From a candidate division WWE3 bacterium (GTDB lineage Bacteria > Patescibacteriota > WWE3 > JAPLWK01): 64,000 nucleotides of DNA. The DNA lies in contig JAPLWK010000011.1 of NCBI GenBank assembly GCA_026396615.1, positions 962 to 64,961 of the forward strand, in the 5' to 3' direction. Below are positions 37,187 through 46,009 of the stretch, piece by piece. The stretch's first letter is position 1, and every line of letters starts with the position of its first letter. Under the pieces are notes generated by a model. That model did not search any database and had not been told where the DNA came from. It was given only the letters and a program-made list of their open reading frames with translations. The translations under genes and the position numbers were made by a program.

Positions 37187-37615
37187 TTAACGCTTGGAGT
37201 ATTGCGGAGCTTTGCGAGCCTTGTGCATGTAGTATTTTTTGGGCTCTACTTCGCGAGAGTCACGGCGTAACAAATTATTCTTCCTAAGAATAGTTTCAAA
37301 AGAAGCATCAAAGGCCGACAAGGCTCTGGAAATACCTAAAGTGATAGCCTCAAGTTGGCTGTTACGGCCACCACCAGAAACTTTAATGGAACCAGCAAAT
37401 TTAGCATGTGGGTGAGAAATACCTACTAAATGGAAGGGCTTAAGCCAAGCTTGCTTCTCATCTTCAGTCACCATTACTTCCGTAATTAACTTGTCATTAA
37501 TAGTGTATTCCCCTTTTCCCGGGGTTAACCATACCCGAGCCACGGCGCTTTTACGCCGGCCGGTCCCACTATAAAATTTTTCTTTTGGTTTATTTTCTGC
37601 CATTTTTAGATCCAC
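37187..37615 (-). CDS. rpsI: 30S ribosomal protein S9
   Basis: GTGRRKSAVARVWL… and a C-terminal KAPQYSKR. Confidence 0.9.
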   Translation of the reverse strand: MDLKMAENKPKEKFYSGTGRRKSAVARVWLTPGKGEYTINDKLITEVMVTEDEKQAWLKPFHLVGISHPHAKFAGSIKVSGGGRNSQLEAITLGISRALSAFDASFETILRKNNLLRRDSREVEPKKYYMHKARKAPQYSKR

Positions 37616-37991
37616 AAAAAATCTTTAAATATTTAATTCTGTCATTTCGTAATTTGTTCTTTGGTAACATCCCAAGCACCGCTTGTCGAATCACTTCCGC
37701 CGGATCGCGTTTTAATAATCTTTCCAAAGATTCTTCTTTAAGACCTTTGGGAAAGCCGCTGTGACGCACATAAATCTTATTAATTAATTTATTGCCGGTA
37801 ATCTGAACTTTAGAAGCGTTGATAACGGTGACCACATCAGAATTGACTAGATGTGACGCATTTAAGACCTTACCTTTGCCAAGAAGATACCGAGCCGCTT
37901 CCGAGGCAATCCGCCCCAAAGTATTAGTACTGGCGTCAATAGTAACGTTATTACGAATTATTTCTTTTGAGCTTAAAGTTCTAGTTTCCAT
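37590..37991 (-). CDS. rplM: 50S ribosomal protein L13
   Basis: 133 aa; LGRIASEAARYLLGK…; adjacent to rpsI. Confidence 0.9.
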   Translation of the reverse strand: METRTLSSKEIIRNNVTIDASTNTLGRIASEAARYLLGKGKVLNASHLVNSDVVTVINASKVQITGNKLINKIYVRHSGFPKGLKEESLERLLKRDPAEVIRQAVLGMLPKNKLRNDRIKYLKIFCGSKNGRK

Positions 37992-37995
37992 AAAA

Positions 37996-38484
37996 TTATT
38001 CTGCTTTCACTTCCGCCACCTCTTCGACGACTTCTGACTTATTCTCTGTGACTTTTGCCTTTTTCGGGGCCGTTTTTACAATAGTCTTCTTAACTTTCAT
38101 ATCTTCCTTAACAACCTTCTCCTTCTCAACTACATCATAAATAAAATCGACTTTAACCATCGGTGCTTTGTCTCCAACGCGAATACCAACTTTAGTTAAT
38201 GATAAATAGCCGCTATTCCGAGCCGTCAGTTTAGCAGATGTATCAATAATTTTCTTGGCCAAATCTTTATTACCGGTTTCGGTAATTAAGCGACGCAGGG
38301 CGGTAAGACCACCAATTTTAGCGATAGTTACCAGATGATCCGCGTGACTTCGCAACCATTTAGCCTTTGCTTCAGTGGTCGTAATCCCATCTTCCAGGAA
38401 CAAGGAACGCACCAAATTCCGAAGCAGTGAATTTCGATGGTCCCGATCGCGATTAAATTTTACTCGCTTTACTCTGTGACGCAT
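37996..38484 (-). CDS. rplQ: 50S ribosomal protein L17 (with Lys/Glu-rich C-terminal extension)
   Basis: MRHRVKRVKFNRDRDHRNSLLRNLVRSL…. Confidence 0.85.
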   Translation of the reverse strand: MRHRVKRVKFNRDRDHRNSLLRNLVRSLFLEDGITTTEAKAKWLRSHADHLVTIAKIGGLTALRRLITETGNKDLAKKIIDTSAKLTARNSGYLSLTKVGIRVGDKAPMVKVDFIYDVVEKEKVVKEDMKVKKTIVKTAPKKAKVTENKSEVVEEVAEVKAE

Positions 38485-38490
38485 AAATTA

Positions 38491-39462
38491 TTAACGTAAA
38501 CCTTCGCTTTTAAGCACGTCGGTAATTTCTTGGACTGATTTTTCGCCTAAGTTTTTGATTTTTAAAATTTTCTCATCTGGCAAGGCCCCTAAATCAGCCA
38601 AGGTTTTAAGATCAGCCCGTTTTAAGGCGTTAATCGTCCGAGTTGGCAGATTCAGTTCATCGAGTAGCACATCCGCGGCGGAAACAGTGCGGCCTCGAGC
38701 TTTCTTGGGAGCGGCTTCGGAAGCAACATTGGCGACCTCTTCAACCATGGAATCTTTACCGGAAGCAAGGCGCTCAAAAAATACTTGTAAAGTATTAGAG
38801 GCCGACATTAAAGCCGCTCTTGGTGAAATAGCACCGTTAGTGGTAATTTCTAAAATTAAACGGTCAAAATCGGATTTCTGGCCAATCCGGGCCGGCTCAA
38901 TCTTATAGGTAACCAAAACGACCGGGGAAAAGAGACTATCGACTGCAATGACGCCGATTTTATTGCTTTCGTGATCCTCGGCAGTGGCGTAACCAATGCC
39001 TTTTTCAATCACTAACTCCGCTTCCAAATGAGCGCTTTTACTACCTAAAGTGGCGATGATCTGATCTTTATTAATCACTTCCAAGCCTTCGGGAAGATCT
39101 AAATCGGCTGCGGTAACAGTGGTTAAGCCCTTGGCATCTAAAGTAACCACAACCGGGTCAGTGCCTTCGTAATTAAAATGAATTGACTTCAAATTTAAAA
39201 GAATGTCGATAACATCCTCTTTAACCCCTGGAATATTGGTAAATTGATGAGTCACACCGGCAAATTTAATGGTGGTAATAGCGGCACCGGGAATGCTGCT
39301 CAGCAACATGCGGCGCAAACTGGTTCCTAAAGTATGACCAAATCCCGCCGGAAGTGGTTCTAAAGCGAATTTTCCATAAGTGGCGTTTTCCACTTCGGCT
39401 TTAATTTTGGCATCGCTTGGTTGAAGCATAAATTTAATCCTATCTGGAGTAATACTCCACAA
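38491..39462 (-). CDS. rpoA: DNA-directed RNA polymerase subunit alpha
   Basis: 323 aa with an N-terminal dimerisation domain and C-terminal helix-hairpin-helix CTD (…LGEKSVQEITDVLKSEGL). Confidence 0.9.
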   Translation of the reverse strand: MWSITPDRIKFMLQPSDAKIKAEVENATYGKFALEPLPAGFGHTLGTSLRRMLLSSIPGAAITTIKFAGVTHQFTNIPGVKEDVIDILLNLKSIHFNYEGTDPVVVTLDAKGLTTVTAADLDLPEGLEVINKDQIIATLGSKSAHLEAELVIEKGIGYATAEDHESNKIGVIAVDSLFSPVVLVTYKIEPARIGQKSDFDRLILEITTNGAISPRAALMSASNTLQVFFERLASGKDSMVEEVANVASEAAPKKARGRTVSAADVLLDELNLPTRTINALKRADLKTLADLGALPDEKILKIKNLGEKSVQEITDVLKSEGLR

Positions 39463-40033
39463 TTAATTGTTCCTCATAATCGGCGTCAATTTGATCTCGA
39501 GTTGGAAGGGCCACTACTTTGGCCGTCGCAGACTGCGCGTTTAATTCTAACCAAGTTGGTAATTTATAATCGGAACGAATAACAGCTCCCGCGAGCGTTA
39601 AAGTATCATTAACACCAACACTGTAACTAGGATGCGTAACTTTAATGCCATTAACCGTAGCTTTACCGGAGACTATGGATTTACGAGCAGCGGCCCGCGA
39701 CATCGCCAAACCACTTCTAAACATAGCATTATCAAGGCGTCGCTCCAAAAGATTTAATAAAACCTCACCGGTTACTCCGGTTACCCGAGCCGCTTCTTCA
39801 TAATAGTTTCTAAAAGCTCGTTCTAAAAGTCCGTAGGCTCGCTTAACCCGTTGTTTAGCCCGCAGTTGTAACCCAAAGGCGGAAGGCCGTCGTTTGGCAT
39901 TACCGTGCATTCCTGGTGCTTGTTGCTTTTTATTTAAAGCGCACTTAGGCCCACTACAACGCAGTCCCTTTAGGAATAGCTTTACCCCCTCGCGACGACA
40001 TAATCTGCATTTTGGTCCGGTGTATCTAGACAT
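39440..40033 (-). CDS. rpsD: 30S ribosomal protein S4
   Basis: MSRYTGPKCRLCRREGVKLFLKG…. Confidence 0.9.
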   Translation of the reverse strand: MSRYTGPKCRLCRREGVKLFLKGLRCSGPKCALNKKQQAPGMHGNAKRRPSAFGLQLRAKQRVKRAYGLLERAFRNYYEEAARVTGVTGEVLLNLLERRLDNAMFRSGLAMSRAAARKSIVSGKATVNGIKVTHPSYSVGVNDTLTLAGAVIRSDYKLPTWLELNAQSATAKVVALPTRDQIDADYEEQLIVEYYSR

Positions 40034-40036
40034 AAA

Positions 40037-40411
40037 TTAAACGCGCCTCCGTTTCTCGGGCCTACAACCATTGTGAGGAATCGGGGTTACATCGGCAATT
40101 GACGTGACCTGAAGCCCAGCGGCCCGTAAACTCTTGATAGCATTTACACGACCCGATCCCGGTCCTTTAACGAAAATACTAACCTCCCGAATTCCGCGAT
40201 CTAAAGCCTTTTTAGCGACTTGCTCGGCCGCCATGGAAGCGGCGTACGGGGTAGCTCTTTTAGAACCTTTAAAGCCGCTGGAACCGCTGCTACTCCAAGC
40301 CACTACTTTATCATCACCAGTCGTAATCGTAATAATAGTATTATTAAACCCCGCCATAATGTGGGCCTTGCCGTACGGATTACTATTTACTTTTATTGCA
40401 GTGTTCGCCAT
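40037..40411 (-). CDS. rpsK: 30S ribosomal protein S11
   Basis: …[18 protein letters not shown]…[15 protein letters not shown]…. Confidence 0.9.
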   Translation of the reverse strand: MANTAIKVNSNPYGKAHIMAGFNNTIITITTGDDKVVAWSSSGSSGFKGSKRATPYAASMAAEQVAKKALDRGIREVSIFVKGPGSGRVNAIKSLRAAGLQVTSIADVTPIPHNGCRPEKRRRV

Positions 40412-40415
40412 AATA

Positions 40416-40808
40416 TTATGTCTTTTCTAATGATTTCTTACCACCGGAGCCACCAACTGTAATCTTCTTACCACGACGAGTTCGGGCGTTAGTCCGAGTT
40501 CGTTGCCCACGGGACGGTAAATTCCTTTTGTGGCGCCAACCTCGGTAACTGCCAATATCTTTTAAGCGACGGATATTAGAAGCCACGGTGCGACGTAATT
40601 CGCCTTCAGTCACAATGTGATTTTTTTCTACAATTGCTCGTAACTTGGCCAAATCCTCATCGGTGAGATCTTTTACCATTAAATACTCCGAAATTCCCGC
40701 TTCTTTAAGAATCTTTTGAGAATTAGGAATTCCAATCCCGTAAATATAGGTTAAAGCGACTTTCATTCGCTTATTATTTGGTAAATCTACTCCTACAAGT
40801 CTAGCCAT
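40416..40808 (-). CDS. rpsM: 30S ribosomal protein S13
   Basis: [26 protein letters not shown]…. Confidence 0.9.
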   Translation of the reverse strand: MARLVGVDLPNNKRMKVALTYIYGIGIPNSQKILKEAGISEYLMVKDLTDEDLAKLRAIVEKNHIVTEGELRRTVASNIRRLKDIGSYRGWRHKRNLPSRGQRTRTNARTRRGKKITVGGSGGKKSLEKT

Positions 40809-40811
40809 AAT

Positions 40812-40925
40812 TTAACCTTGTCGTTGTTTGTGCTTTGGGTTTGAGCAGATAACCCGAACCACGCCTTCTCGGCGAATTACTTTACATTTTTGACAAATTT
40901 TCTTAACGGAAGCGCGCACTTTCAT
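40812..40925 (-). CDS. rpmJ: 50S ribosomal protein L36
   Basis: This ORF is not in the six-frame track (<60 aa). The minus strand encodes [37 protein letters not shown], a canonical L36 with a CxxC…C…H zinc ribbon. Confidence 0.8.
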   Translation of the reverse strand: MKVRASVKKICQKCKVIRREGVVRVICSNPKHKQRQG

Positions 40926-40934
40926 GTTAATAAA

Positions 40935-41156
40935 TCATTTACTCCTAAAAACGATCCGACCACGAGTTAAGTCGTGCGGACTAAACTCCACTCTTACACG
41001 GTCTCCTATTAAAATCCTAATCGAAAAACGGCGCATCTTGCCGGAGATTGTTCCCAAAGCCTTTGTGCCGTCATCTAGATCAATTCTAAAATTAGCACTA
41101 GGCAGTGATTCCACCACAATTCCCGATTTTTCAATTAAGCCACTGTTTTTTCCCAT
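40935..41156 (-). CDS. infA: translation initiation factor IF-1
   Basis: [43 protein letters not shown]…. Confidence 0.9.
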   Translation of the reverse strand: MGKNSGLIEKSGIVVESLPSANFRIDLDDGTKALGTISGKMRRFSIRILIGDRVRVEFSPHDLTRGRIVFRSK

Positions 41157-41202
41157 AAAAGATCTCCCCTATTGAGGAGAACATTGACGGAACTTTATCA
41201 AA

Positions 41203-41973
41203 TTAAGACGCCGCTGTCAACACTTGCGGGCCGTTTAATGTTACGGCAACCGTATGTTCAAACAGACCGGCAATACTACCGTCAGAAGTGACAATAGTCC
41301 AGTCATCAGAACTTGTTTTCATATCGCCCTCGCCAAAGCAATAAATAATCTCAATGGCCAGCACCATGCCTTCTTTTATAGTCACGTCGGAGCCCATTAA
41401 TAACACTCCCGGAATATCGGGATCTTCGTGTAGTGATCTGCCAACGCCGTGTCCAGTCAGTTCGTAGACCACGCCATAACCATTTTTCTCCTCAATTTCT
41501 TCTTCTATGACTCGACTAATATCAGAAATTTTATTACCGACGCGAGCCTTATCAATAGCTTTATCTAGTGTAATTTGACCGACCTCAAGGAACCTCTCAA
41601 TAATATTGTCTTTCGTGACGTCGCCACAGGGGACGTAAACTGTAGTCGCGGTATCAGAATGCCAACCGTCCAAAATGACGCCGAGATCTATTTTGACGAC
41701 ATCGCCGGCTTTAATGATGACGTCTTTTGACGGCAGTCCGTGCACAATGCCGTCGTTAACGTTAATGCAAGTGCCAAATTTGTAACCGGAAACAGTTTTA
41801 AAAGATGGCTCGACTTTATTTTCAGCCATGAGCCCTTCAGCAAAGTTGTTGAGTTCCAGCGTCGACACACCTACCCCAACCTGAGCGGCGGTTTTTTTAA
41901 GAATTTCCCCAGCAATTATGCCGCTAGCTCGCATGGCTTTAATATCTTCTGGAGATTTAATAGTTATAGACAC
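41203..41973 (-). CDS. map: type I methionyl aminopeptidase
   Basis: 256 aa, pita-bread fold. Metal ligands in …DGWHSDT…HGVG…EIIYCFGE…. Confidence 0.9.
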   Translation of the reverse strand: MSITIKSPEDIKAMRASGIIAGEILKKTAAQVGVGVSTLELNNFAEGLMAENKVEPSFKTVSGYKFGTCINVNDGIVHGLPSKDVIIKAGDVVKIDLGVILDGWHSDTATTVYVPCGDVTKDNIIERFLEVGQITLDKAIDKARVGNKISDISRVIEEEIEEKNGYGVVYELTGHGVGRSLHEDPDIPGVLLMGSDVTIKEGMVLAIEIIYCFGEGDMKTSSDDWTIVTSDGSIAGLFEHTVAVTLNGPQVLTAAS

Positions 41974-42012
41974 CCCTCTATTTTATCATGAAATTATAAG
42001 TGATTACGACGA

Positions 42013-42741
42013 TTACTGAATATTTAGTACCACGGTTAACACTGAAGAGGTAAAAACAGCTATGTAAATCGATAAAATAAAGTAAATAACTAATTTCTCT
42101 AACTTCGTCGCTGGAACTGCAGTTATTACAACTAGTGTTTTAGCAACCCTATCATGCCAAGATTGATGTTTCTTATCAAAAACTGAAACAAAAAAGCCAA
42201 TTGTAAAATATAGTATAAGTAATGCTAAAAATATAATTATATTTAAAGCTAGTACATTAGCGATCACAAGATTAACATCAACCGGAAGTAGGTTAAGTAA
42301 TTTATCAAGACCGCAAGTAAAGATAACAAATTCTAATATACCGGCGCCTACAATTAGTAGAACAGCGTGCAACCTAATTAAGCAACTACTTAATTTAAGT
42401 CGATCACCGTTTTCGTCAATCACCGAGATTCCAAGAACACTGTTTCCAGGGGTGCGGCCATGGTTTTTAAACCAGAAAAAACAGAAATAAAGAACTATGA
42501 AAACAAAATGAAAGAAAATAGATATACCGTCGCCATCTCCAGAAACTCGATGGTAAGCAGGGTTTAAATAATCATATACGTTACTGGCTACTCGATCGAT
42601 ATAGTAATAAGTAAAATTTATTAATATTACATCGATTACTAAAGCAAGTGCTCGTCGCCAAAAACTGGCGTACTTTGGAGGAATCGAGATAATTGAAGTT
42701 GCGTTGATGGTATCAGGGTGATTTTTTATAGTTGCTGTCAC
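42013..42741 (-). CDS. RDD-family membrane protein
   Basis: FWRRALALVIDVIL… and …SWHDRVAKTLVV are the RDD family hallmarks. Three TM helices. Confidence 0.6.
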   Translation of the reverse strand: MTATIKNHPDTINATSIISIPPKYASFWRRALALVIDVILINFTYYYIDRVASNVYDYLNPAYHRVSGDGDGISIFFHFVFIVLYFCFFWFKNHGRTPGNSVLGISVIDENGDRLKLSSCLIRLHAVLLIVGAGILEFVIFTCGLDKLLNLLPVDVNLVIANVLALNIIIFLALLILYFTIGFFVSVFDKKHQSWHDRVAKTLVVITAVPATKLEKLVIYFILSIYIAVFTSSVLTVVLNIQ

Positions 42742-42753
42742 ACGGCCATTTTA

Positions 42754-43047
42754 TCACGAGCAGGGGCTAAAGCGAATTGTGAGTCGGCAGTCGAGAGCGT
42801 CCGCGAGCCTCATCAAGAATTTGACAGAGGGGTTAGCTAAACCACTTTCTAACCTGGAAACTACTGCTTGCTTGGTGCCCATCTTTTTAGCCAGCTGAGT
42901 TTGCGTTAAACCTTTTTCCATCCGCGCTTTAAGAACCGCTTCCATAGCGGCATACTCCGGTTCTGCACGATCATATGCAGCTTTAATCTTTGGATTCTTC
43001 AAAGCCTCTTCAATAAATGGTGTTACATCTGGATATTCTCTTTTCAT
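42754..43047 (-). CDS. XRE-family HTH protein (HigA-like antitoxin)
   Basis: LTQTQLAKKMGTKQAVVSRLESG is a Cro/C1-type HTH. It is immediately downstream of a RelE/HigB-like toxin gene. Confidence 0.65.
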   Translation of the reverse strand: MKREYPDVTPFIEEALKNPKIKAAYDRAEPEYAAMEAVLKARMEKGLTQTQLAKKMGTKQAVVSRLESGLANPSVKFLMRLADALDCRLTIRFSPCS

Positions 43048-43059
43048 ATAACTTATATG

Positions 43060-43389
43060 TTATATAATTTCTTTATATCTGTCAATGGCTTTTTTGATTT
43101 CTTTCGGAGGTGTTTTCTGACTTTGCTTCTTAAAACCATGCAGAAGATAAAAATCATTATTAATTATCGTATAAAAGATACGAACATTTATTTCCCCGGT
43201 AATCCGGAGCTCGTAAATATGGCTGGAAATCTTTTTACTAATTGGTGGTTTTAGAAAGGGGCCGTACTCCTTAAGCATTCTTACCGCGTTAATATATTTA
43301 CCATAAGTAGACTCGTCCAATGTTTCTACGAATTCCTGAACAGGCAATTCCTCTCTAGAAGTTTTATAGAACTTAACAAACCAACTCAC
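43060..43389 (-). CDS. RelE/ParE-superfamily toxin (HigB / Gp49-like addiction-module killer)
   Basis: 109 aa. …IYELRITGEINVRIFYTIINNDFYLLHGFKKQSQKTPPKEIKKA matches the Gp49/HigB-like family pattern. The toxin-first gene order is typical of HigBA. Confidence 0.6.
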   Translation of the reverse strand: MSWFVKFYKTSREELPVQEFVETLDESTYGKYINAVRMLKEYGPFLKPPISKKISSHIYELRITGEINVRIFYTIINNDFYLLHGFKKQSQKTPPKEIKKAIDRYKEII

Positions 43390-43414
43390 AAATAAATTCT
43401 AACACCAACAAGAC

Positions 43415-43456
43415 GTAGGGGCGGGTTTTTCCCGCCCCGAAGGGGCCCCTTCGGGG
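43415..43456. repeat. GC-rich composite hairpins (GTAGGGGCGGGTTTTTCCCGCCCC + perfect 22-nt palindrome CCCCGAAGGGGCCCCTTCGGGG)
   Basis: Read directly; shares GTAGGG and CCCCGAAGGGG motifs with other copies. Possible terminator for the TA pair. Confidence 0.7.
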
Positions 43457-43492
43457 CCCGCAATTTCAATTCGCGTAATTTTCTAAATAGCC

Positions 43493-43654
43493 TCAGCTTT
43501 TACAACGATAAGCTGAAACTGGTTTAAAATCTTTAAACTTAAGAAATGGTACTTTTGTACCTTTAAACCAGGAAAGTAACCTTGCGGCATACGCTGGAAA
43601 AGAACCTAAGTCAAACTCCCCACCGCAAATTGGACATTTTCGATCTGGTTTCAT
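43493..43654 (-). CDS. possible small zinc-ribbon-like protein (53 aa)
   Basis: An unlisted short ORF, MKPDRKCPICGGEFDLGSFPAYAARLLSWFKGTKVPFLKFKDFKPVSAYRCKS. It has CPxCG plus one distal Cys. Weak. Confidence 0.2.
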   Translation of the reverse strand: MKPDRKCPICGGEFDLGSFPAYAARLLSWFKGTKVPFLKFKDFKPVSAYRCKS

Positions 43655-43671
43655 AAACACCACCTAGTTAT

Positions 43672-44301
43672 TTAGTGAGTATTAGTTTTTACCCACTTTT
43701 GAAAAATATCAAATAAATAACTCAAACTTAATGGCGATGTACTTACTGGTGTCATATAGGCAGCCAAAGCAACACTAAGTGGAATGTATACCACAATAGA
43801 AATAATTGGAACCACTAAATACCCTAACAAATACATGCTTGTAGTGGCTGGACCACCATCTTCAACAACGATAGTCTTCGCAATTTTGTCATGCCAGGTT
43901 TGCTTCTTTTTGTCGCGGTAGGCCCAAATATAACCAAGCAGAAATACGTATGAAGAAACGAGAGTAAAAATCTGACGTAAACCAGCAGTAACCCAATCAA
44001 TTGGCCGACCATCTTCCCGAACAATTCGAATTTTCACTAATTTCTTTCCGGGTGTTTGGCCATTTGTTTGCACCCAAAGAATTACATAGTATAGAAAAGA
44101 GATCAAATAAGAAATATTACTAGCAATCGCTGTAGGAATTATTTTTCCAAGAACAACGCGTAATAATAACGTAATACAACCAATAATTAAACCATCGACC
44201 GCTAAAGCAGCGCCACGACGGTAGAATCCTGCATAATTGGGTTGATTAGAATTTATTGGAGCCGTCGAAACGGACGGGTTGTTGAGAGTAACTTGTTCCA
44301 T
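43672..44301 (-). CDS. RDD-family membrane protein (second paralogue)
   Basis: YAGFYRRGAALAVDGLIIG… and …QTWHDKIAKTIVV. I trimmed the start to the internal Met to remove an overlap with the SPFH gene. Confidence 0.55.
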   Translation of the reverse strand: MEQVTLNNPSVSTAPINSNQPNYAGFYRRGAALAVDGLIIGCITLLLRVVLGKIIPTAIASNISYLISFLYYVILWVQTNGQTPGKKLVKIRIVREDGRPIDWVTAGLRQIFTLVSSYVFLLGYIWAYRDKKKQTWHDKIAKTIVVEDGGPATTSMYLLGYLVVPIISIVVYIPLSVALAAYMTPVSTSPLSLSYLFDIFQKWVKTNTH

Positions 44302-44305
44302 AAAT

Positions 44306-45169
44306 TTATTTTTGCCCTCCTTTAGGCAACGGAATAATACCAGCCATATCACCAATCACGTTAACAAGTTCTTTGTCGCTGGGAACGATTATTTTAGAGT
44401 TATTACTTAAAGCTTTTTCCACGGCTTCAATACGGCGGAGCACCTGAGCGTTACCGACGAAGTATTTTTCCGCGGATTCGTTAACGAGTTTTATAGCTTC
44501 GGCTTCGCCTTCGGCCTCTAAAATATTGGCTTGCTTAATACCCTCGGCTTTCTTGATTTCGGCTCGCTTTTGGCCATCTGCGGCCGTTTCGGTCGCCGTA
44601 GCGTAATCAATGGCAGCGATCTTCTCGTTCTCGGCTTTAACAACTTTATTCATCGTTTCCTGCACGTCTTTAGGCGGATCAATTTCTTTAAGTTCGGTGC
44701 GAACAATTTCCAGACCCCAAGAGCCGGTTTCATCACGGAGTGTTTTCTGTAACTCAAAATTAATGCGACCGCGCTCGCTATTAGCTGACTTTAAAGTCAT
44801 GGTGCCGATAATGTTACGGAGAGTGGTGCGGGCTAAACTGACGATTTGGTAGTAATAATTATTAACACTGTATTGGGATTTTTTAACGCTGTCTTCGTCG
44901 TTCTTGACTTTAAAATAAACTTGGGCGTCGACGGTGGCGTTTAAATTATCGTTGGTAATAATTTCCTGAGGTTCGGCATTGACCATTTGTTCAGTGACGT
45001 CAACCGTGGCGATGCGGTCAATAAAGGGAATAATCCAGTTAAAACCGGCATCGGCAAAATGATGATACTTACCAAGACGCTCCACCACACCGCGATGAGT
45101 GGGCCGAATAATTCTGATCCCGGCGAAAAAGACGAAAACTAAAAGGCAGATTATTAAAAATAAATACAT
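44306..45169 (-). CDS. SPFH/band-7 (stomatin-prohibitin-like) family protein
   Basis: N-terminal TM, then IIRPTHRGVVERLGKYHHFADAGFNWIIPFIDRIATVDV… and a coiled-coil C-terminus. Confidence 0.8.
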   Translation of the reverse strand: MYLFLIICLLVFVFFAGIRIIRPTHRGVVERLGKYHHFADAGFNWIIPFIDRIATVDVTEQMVNAEPQEIITNDNLNATVDAQVYFKVKNDEDSVKKSQYSVNNYYYQIVSLARTTLRNIIGTMTLKSANSERGRINFELQKTLRDETGSWGLEIVRTELKEIDPPKDVQETMNKVVKAENEKIAAIDYATATETAADGQKRAEIKKAEGIKQANILEAEGEAEAIKLVNESAEKYFVGNAQVLRRIEAVEKALSNNSKIIVPSDKELVNVIGDMAGIIPLPKGGQK

Positions 45170-45193
45170 AGATTATTTACATTCTAGGGCGCT

Positions 45194-45733
45194 TTAGGCC
45201 ACTGTCAAGCCCAGTGCTACCTTAATATCCGAAAAAATCTTGGGGACCGGCTGTTCACCATTAATGACTTTAAGAATTCCGGCCACTTCGTACATTTTTA
45301 AAATCGGCTCCGTTTCGCGATGATATATTTCCAAACGCTTATGAACAATTTCTGGGGTGTCGTCCTCACGGCGCCGCAGTAACAACCGCTCAATGGAGAT
45401 TTTGTCGGAAACTGAGAGTTGCACTGCGTAATCAAATCTGATTGGTGAATGCTGCGCCTGATAAATATTCCTAGGGAAGCCATCCAGTATCACCCCTTTT
45501 TGGTAACTGGGTTTTCTAAACTCGACCGATAAGACCGCGAAAGTATCCTCGTCTGTAACTAGAAGACCACGCATGATTTTGTCGCGAATCCGACGCGCCA
45601 TTAATGAGTTACCATGTTCTAAACTTCGGAAGATATCGCCGGTCGAAATTGCCGGAATACCAAGAACGGCAGAGAGGAGACGCGCTTGAGTGGATTTTCC
45701 GCAGCCCATTGGTCCCAAAATGACTATGTTCAT
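45194..45733 (-). CDS. adk: adenylate kinase (short, no zinc LID)
   Basis: MNIVILGPMGCGKSTQARLLS (P-loop) and a short LID region. Confidence 0.8.
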   Translation of the reverse strand: MNIVILGPMGCGKSTQARLLSAVLGIPAISTGDIFRSLEHGNSLMARRIRDKIMRGLLVTDEDTFAVLSVEFRKPSYQKGVILDGFPRNIYQAQHSPIRFDYAVQLSVSDKISIERLLLRRREDDTPEIVHKRLEIYHRETEPILKMYEVAGILKVINGEQPVPKIFSDIKVALGLTVA

Positions 45734-45745
45734 ACTGAATTCCGA

Positions 45746-46006
45746 TTACATCTGCCCTTGAAACTTCTTCGCCAGTTTTTTCTGGGTCTCTTTAAACGCC
45801 TTGTTGATCGCTTCCCGAAGCCGTTTGTCTTCAACGCCACCAACTTCCAGACTTTCGACTCTAAAGTCACCGCGCATCTTTATTTTTACCCCGTGCTCCT
45901 CTGTTTCCAAGAACATCTCTTCCATTTGCTTTTTCATAGCCAGCTGTTTTTTTATGGTCGAAGCTTGATCTTTTTTAGCGTCTATAAAATCAGTAATTTT
46001 AGACAT
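45746..46006 (-). CDS. YbaB/EbfC-family nucleoid-associated protein (putative)
   Basis: 86 aa, …KKQLAMKKQMEEMFLETEEHGVKIKMRGDFRVESLEVGG… resembles YbaB. Confidence 0.5.
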   Translation of the reverse strand: MSKITDFIDAKKDQASTIKKQLAMKKQMEEMFLETEEHGVKIKMRGDFRVESLEVGGVEDKRLREAINKAFKETQKKLAKKFQGQM

Positions 46007-46009
46007 ATA

